64,000 bases of DNA from Raillietiella orientalis (taxonomy: Eukaryota), in assembly GCA_036172245.1 (NCBI GenBank), contig JAYWIR010000002.1:3720001-3784000 (forward strand), in the 5' to 3' direction. Position 1 is the first letter of the stretch. Each line of letters opens with the position of its first letter. Shown piece after piece: positions 59,601 to 64,000 of the stretch. The notes beneath the pieces are model-generated. The model was not told the DNA's origin and made no database searches. It saw only the letters and a program-made list of their open reading frames with translations. Position numbers and translations under genes: made by a program.

Positions 59601-62481
59601 GCTGCAGCGCTCTCGCGCCGCATTGCGAGTCCGTCGCCGCTGCTGCAGTTGAAATGGGGGAGGGGGAGAAGAAGATGCGGTCGGGGTGCGCTGCCGCGAA
59701 AGGCGCACCGCCGCCTTCCTCCAAAGGGCGAAAAGAGCGGACCCGACCAACTCGCCGAAAAGGTTGCTGCGCGACGAAGAGCGAGCAGAAGTTGACTAGA
59801 AGAAAAGAAGGAGAGGGCTGACGGGTAGGGGTGGGAGCAATACGGGAAGCACCGCGATCGTTACGGGGAAGTCGTTGGACGGGGAACGCACGCGGGAAGG
59901 CAGCTTCCTAAGCACGCCGGGAGGAAGGCTGGGAGACTCGTCGGCAGAGCGTGTGCGCTGCTATAAATAGCCTCCGCTGCTGCAGCGCCGCGAGCGGTCA
60001 GCGGTGAGACACAAAGGGAAGCGGCAGGCTGGTCCAAATGCGGCATTTGTTTGTCCCGGAGGACATGAAAGGGAAGCGTCGGAGGGAGGAGGGGGGAGGG
60101 GACCCGGTTGGGCAATCGCAACGCGTCTTGGCGTTTCATTGTGAGGGACCGGCGGAGGCTGAGAGGGCGCCGCGTGGGGATGGGGAACGTTTCGGTCCTA
60201 CAGGAGGATGCGGGGGCAGGAAGAGGAGGGGAGTGAATACCGCGTCGCATCTCGCCCTCCGCCCTGCCTCCTCAGCTGCCTTGCTGCGCATCCCCTGCGC
60301 CCACATCTCCGCGTCCTGCCTCCCGCAGAATTCCCCGGGCAGGCAGTGGGTGGGAAGTCGCGCACCCTTCGCCCACCGCGGAATCCTCACGGGCTCCACT
60401 GCCGGCTCCCGGACCCAGGTCGAACGCCTGGCCTCGTGAGTGAGGCGCGGCGAAAACCGGCGTCGTTGAAACCGCGTCTCTGCAGCTTCGGCCCCTTTGG
60501 GAAAGCTCCTCTCCGCCGTCTCCTCCTCCTCCATCAATGCCGGAAGGCAAAAAGCTGACTGCAGCGGCGCAAAGGAAGCCCCACGTCCTCCAGGTGGGCG
60601 AGAATCAGACGTGGGGCAGCAACGCCCCCGAGATCCAGTCCCGCTCGCGCGTCCCGGGCCGCGCCCGTCGCTTCGCCGCAAGGCACGTTCCGCCTGGCTC
60701 GAGGCCGGGCAGACTTGCCGGCTGCCCTCTTCCCCTGCTCCCTCCCGTCCTTCCGCCGTGCCCACTGGAGAGTGGTGGGCGCCCTGTGCTTCCGTCTCGG
60801 AGCATCTGCATTAGCGCTACCGCTCGCCTCACAGAGCTAGCCAAGGTAGAGCCAGGCGGATGGGCGCCACCTTCCGGAGCCCGGGACGGGAGCCCTTGGG
60901 CAGCTCGTCGGGCGGCAGTGCTGAGTAGCTCGGCACCGCCCAGCGAGCTGCAGCCCGCTCCGCGGAGATGCGCGTCTTCGGAGGCGGTGGTGGCGATGCT
61001 GCGCGTCCCGGAGCGCCACTCATGGGTGCGGGGGAGAATCAGTGTCAAGGAGCTTTGCCCTCGCAGTCCAAGCAGCCCTGCCTCACGCCTGGCACCAGAG
61101 GGAGGTCGCGCGGCCTGCGGCGGCCGGCCAGTCGGCTCGGCAGCTGCGTGGAGGCCGCTTGACCTCGGAGGGGGGGGGAGCCGAGCTCTCCGCGTGGAAG
61201 GTTGCCACGGAAACGGAGACAGATGAAGGTCGTCCGGTCGCCTCCGGGCCGCAGCACCCGGCCGGGAACGCAGGAGCAAAGCGGTGCGCGCGCATCCCGC
61301 CTCGGCCCACCCCCGGCCTCCAGCGGTCGGTGGCCGCCTACGTCATCCCCCGGCCCAGAGACTCCGCGCGTCTAGCAGAGGACCTTTGCGCGCGCTGAAG
61401 ACTCTTCTGCGCCGCCGAAAGGGAGCAAGAGGAAGGAGGGAAAGGATCTTCCCCCCTCCTCCTTTCGAGGCGCTCGCGACCTTTCGGGCGCCCGCCAACG
61501 GCGGAGTCCGGCGTCCTGCTCCACCCCTGCGATGGAGGAGGGTGCAAAGGGCCCCCTCGTTCCACCGCGTCCCCAGCGCCCTGCGGACGGCGCGTTTCCT
61601 TCCTTGACGCGCGGCCGCGTGCATGCGAGCTGCAGCGGTTGCTGTGGGAATGCCGGCCGGACTCGGGAACACGGATGCTTTCGCAGGGGGCCGGGGGCGA
61701 GAAAGGGGGCTGGTTATGGGACCCGCTGAGGCTTCGCCGGACGCGGCGTTCGCAGCTCCTTCGATGCGAAGCACCACGCGGGAGGAGGGAGGAATCATCG
61801 GCGGCCGGGGAGGGAGACGGGGAGGCAAAGGGGGAAGGGGGTGCAAGGAGTCGCGTGCGTGCATTTCGAGACTTGGCCCTTTTCGGCACGAGATTTCCGG
61901 AGACCGCTCGGAGGGACTGGGGCCGGGATGGGCGAGTCCCTGGACAGAGTTTTTCCCTCCTCTTTCGAGCCCCAGAGTGCTCTTCAGAGGGGGCCGATGA
62001 GCCGCAACTCCGGTGGGGACGCCTCCTCGTCCCTCCCTCAACGGAGCGAGCAGAGTCCCCGAACGATTTCCGGGCCGCCTCTTTCCCTTTCGCGAGCCCC
62101 CCGTGGGTTGTGCGGGTCGGAACTCCGTCCGGGGATGATGCAGCGGTCAGCAGCGGCGGCAGTGCCCGCCAACCGGGCAGCCGTTTCCACGGTGAATCGG
62201 CGCACCCGGTTGCGAAGACCCCACTCGGGTCTTCCCCTTCCCCGGAGGCAGCTCGCCCGCGTGGTGGAGGTTCGGTGCTCTGGCGCGTCTCGAGCTAACT
62301 GCAGCTCCCTCTTGTTCCTCCCCCCCCCCGTTTCCCTCCCCCTCCCTCGCGCACGCGCCCACGCTTCCTCCCATCCCTAACGGGGACACAGATGCGTCGG
62401 ATAATACGGTTTGCCACCCGTGCATCACCCTCCCCCCTGTTCCTGGTCACCCTGGTATGTGCTGATTGTTTCTTGTTGCAG

Positions 62482-62573
62482 AGCTTCCATTCCCATTCAG
62501 ATTATCGAGGAGGACAGTTACGAGAAAGACGTGTTGTTTTACGTTGAACTAGGCGACCCTTACTGCGTCACAA
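62482..62573 (+). CDS. NCX: Sodium/calcium exchanger, next coding exon (CBD2, equivalent to vertebrate exon A/B)
   Basis: Acceptor TTTCTTGTTGCAG ends at 62481; donor A|GTAAGT at 62574. The phase-2 junction GA+A gives E-ASIPIQIIEEDSYEKDVLFYVELGDPYCVT, matching the NCX I..EE.YEK..F...GEP motif. Confidence 0.95.
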
Positions 62574-64000
62574 GTAAGTCACGATGTAGCTAGTGGGAGA
62601 CAGAAAGAGAGGAACGACAACAAAAAAAAGCCATGTCCACCGCAACGATGGTCACCCACGCTTCGGAGTTCTGCGTTTTCTAGTCCAGAAGGAGCACGGT
62701 GGAAAGACGTTCTTCTTTCCGTTCCGCTCGCTCCGTGATCTTCACTCCACCTTCTCTTGTGTTTCTTCTTCGCCTGGTTCTCTTTTGTTTCTTCGTTTGT
62801 TTGCCTTCGTTTCTTTTTTCACCCTCCCCCTCCCCCCCCCCGCTTTCCCCTCTTCCACACGTCGGCATCCTGGGACGCTACGCTCCTGGCACCTTCGTCT
62901 CCCTTTCAGCACCCAGTCTTTTTCGTTGGGAACGCCCGGGCGGGAAACACCCGGGTAGGGAGCCACTGGACGTCGTCCCCGCAGCTTCGGCGGGACACGC
63001 GCGGGCACGGCCAGGAGAATTTCGATGGACGCACGCTCTTGGCTGTCACCCCTCTCGCTCTCCACACGGACATCCCGGCCTTCGTCGCACGCTCTTTCGA
63101 TCCTGCGGGCGAGAGTCATCTGCACCGCTCGCAGAGCCTGTTTCTTTTCTTTTTTTTTTTTTTTAATCTCCCCCCCCCTCCTCCTCCTCACGTGTTTTCC
63201 CTCCCAGGATGATGAAAAGGAATCGCTGGTCCTGCAGTCAGCCTGCTCGGTCGGTCCTGACGCGCAAATGGCTCCATCAATTTTTCGAGCTCTTAGTTTT
63301 GCCCGAGCTGCATGATAAATTAAGTGGATGCGGCTTTTTTGTCCCCGCGCGGATGTCTCTTGCCGGATCTTCCTCTCCCTCCTTTGTCGCTCCGGAGCGA
63401 AGGAAGCTGAAACGGAAAGCTCGCCAGGAGCACTTAATCCACGGTTTCAGTGAGCGGTGCTCACGTTCGGAGCGCTCCCTTCCGAGCTACTCTCGCCGAA
63501 CGGCGGGGAGTTTATTGTTGGGGGGGGGGGGGGGGGTGCATCCTCCCAGCGTTTCCGAGCAACCGCTTTGCTCGCGTAGTCGTCTTCCTCCCCAGAGGGC
63601 CATGGTTTCGTGGACCCGACTCATCTGCGGCTGCACGTCCGCGTTGCCAAGATGCACCGTAGGAATCCGAATCGATCGATGCATCCTACGATTCGTTCTT
63701 CATGCCGTATGCTTCCACCACATCCTTTCCTCATTTCTTCATCATCGCGGCACACACGAAAGGTCGCACATGCCATCGCCTGGTTCCTTCACTTCTCTTC
63801 GGGGCAACATCTTTCTCTCGCCGCTCCACTCACCCTTGGTTTACATGATTCACTCCATTTCCGAACCTCGTTGCTACGAGAAGGCCTCAGGAGAATTGAT
63901 CCTCAGTAATCCTTCGAATCCTTCGCACCGCAAGATCGTTTTTCCTAATAAACCTTATTGTTTCTACACGCTCATCCATTTGAGTCAATTTTGTGCTCGG

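Noticed and set aside
59961-60002. Intronic promoter (CTATAAATAG followed by TCAGC)
   Set aside because: TATA-to-Inr spacing is longer than usual, the Inr is imperfect and no credible downstream ORF exists.
57245-62400. Many 150-340-aa R/G/P/A-rich ORFs in the NCX intron (and similar ones elsewhere in the window)
   Set aside because: They overlap in all frames, have GC-driven composition and show no recognisable domains.
62684-62698. 15-nt NCX micro-exon (IQKEH) analogous to the Calx 5-aa splice difference
   Set aside because: The acceptor is plausible but the donor GTGGAA is poor; RNA-seq would be needed.
63208-63315. Further NCX exon after the strong pyrimidine tract and CAG at 63207
   Set aside because: Joining to the phase-1 end of the previous exon gives an immediate TGA, and no frame resembles NCX.

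Overview
Eukaryotic, GC-rich, repeat-dense genomic DNA, probably from an invertebrate (the exchanger gene looks arthropod-like); there are no prokaryotic features and no CRISPR array. The one clearly recognisable host gene is a Na+/Ca2+ exchanger (SLC8/NCX, Calx-like) on the + strand. Its large first coding exon spans 54731-56508 and a 92-nt exon spans 62482-62573; the gene continues past the window. The upstream ~54 kb is mostly decayed retroelements: about ten fragments of one L1/Tx1-like LINE family in both orientations, plus Ty3/Gypsy integrase, Penelope-like and possibly BEL/Pao remnants and microsatellites. Most ORFs in the supplied track are GC-driven artefacts. The most interesting signals are: (1) a covarying CUGCGU-loop hairpin and a fixed AATAAA-plus-GC-rich terminus shared by five LINE 3' ends; (2) an antisense LINE-in-LINE insertion with an 11-bp TSD; (3) two near-identical inverted repeats inside otherwise diverged facing copies; (4) two intact orphan ORFs among dead elements, a 332-aa Q/E coiled coil in frame with LINE ORF1 and a 161-aa single-pass membrane protein. 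All element assignments come from reading motifs by eye, and element boundaries are approximate.
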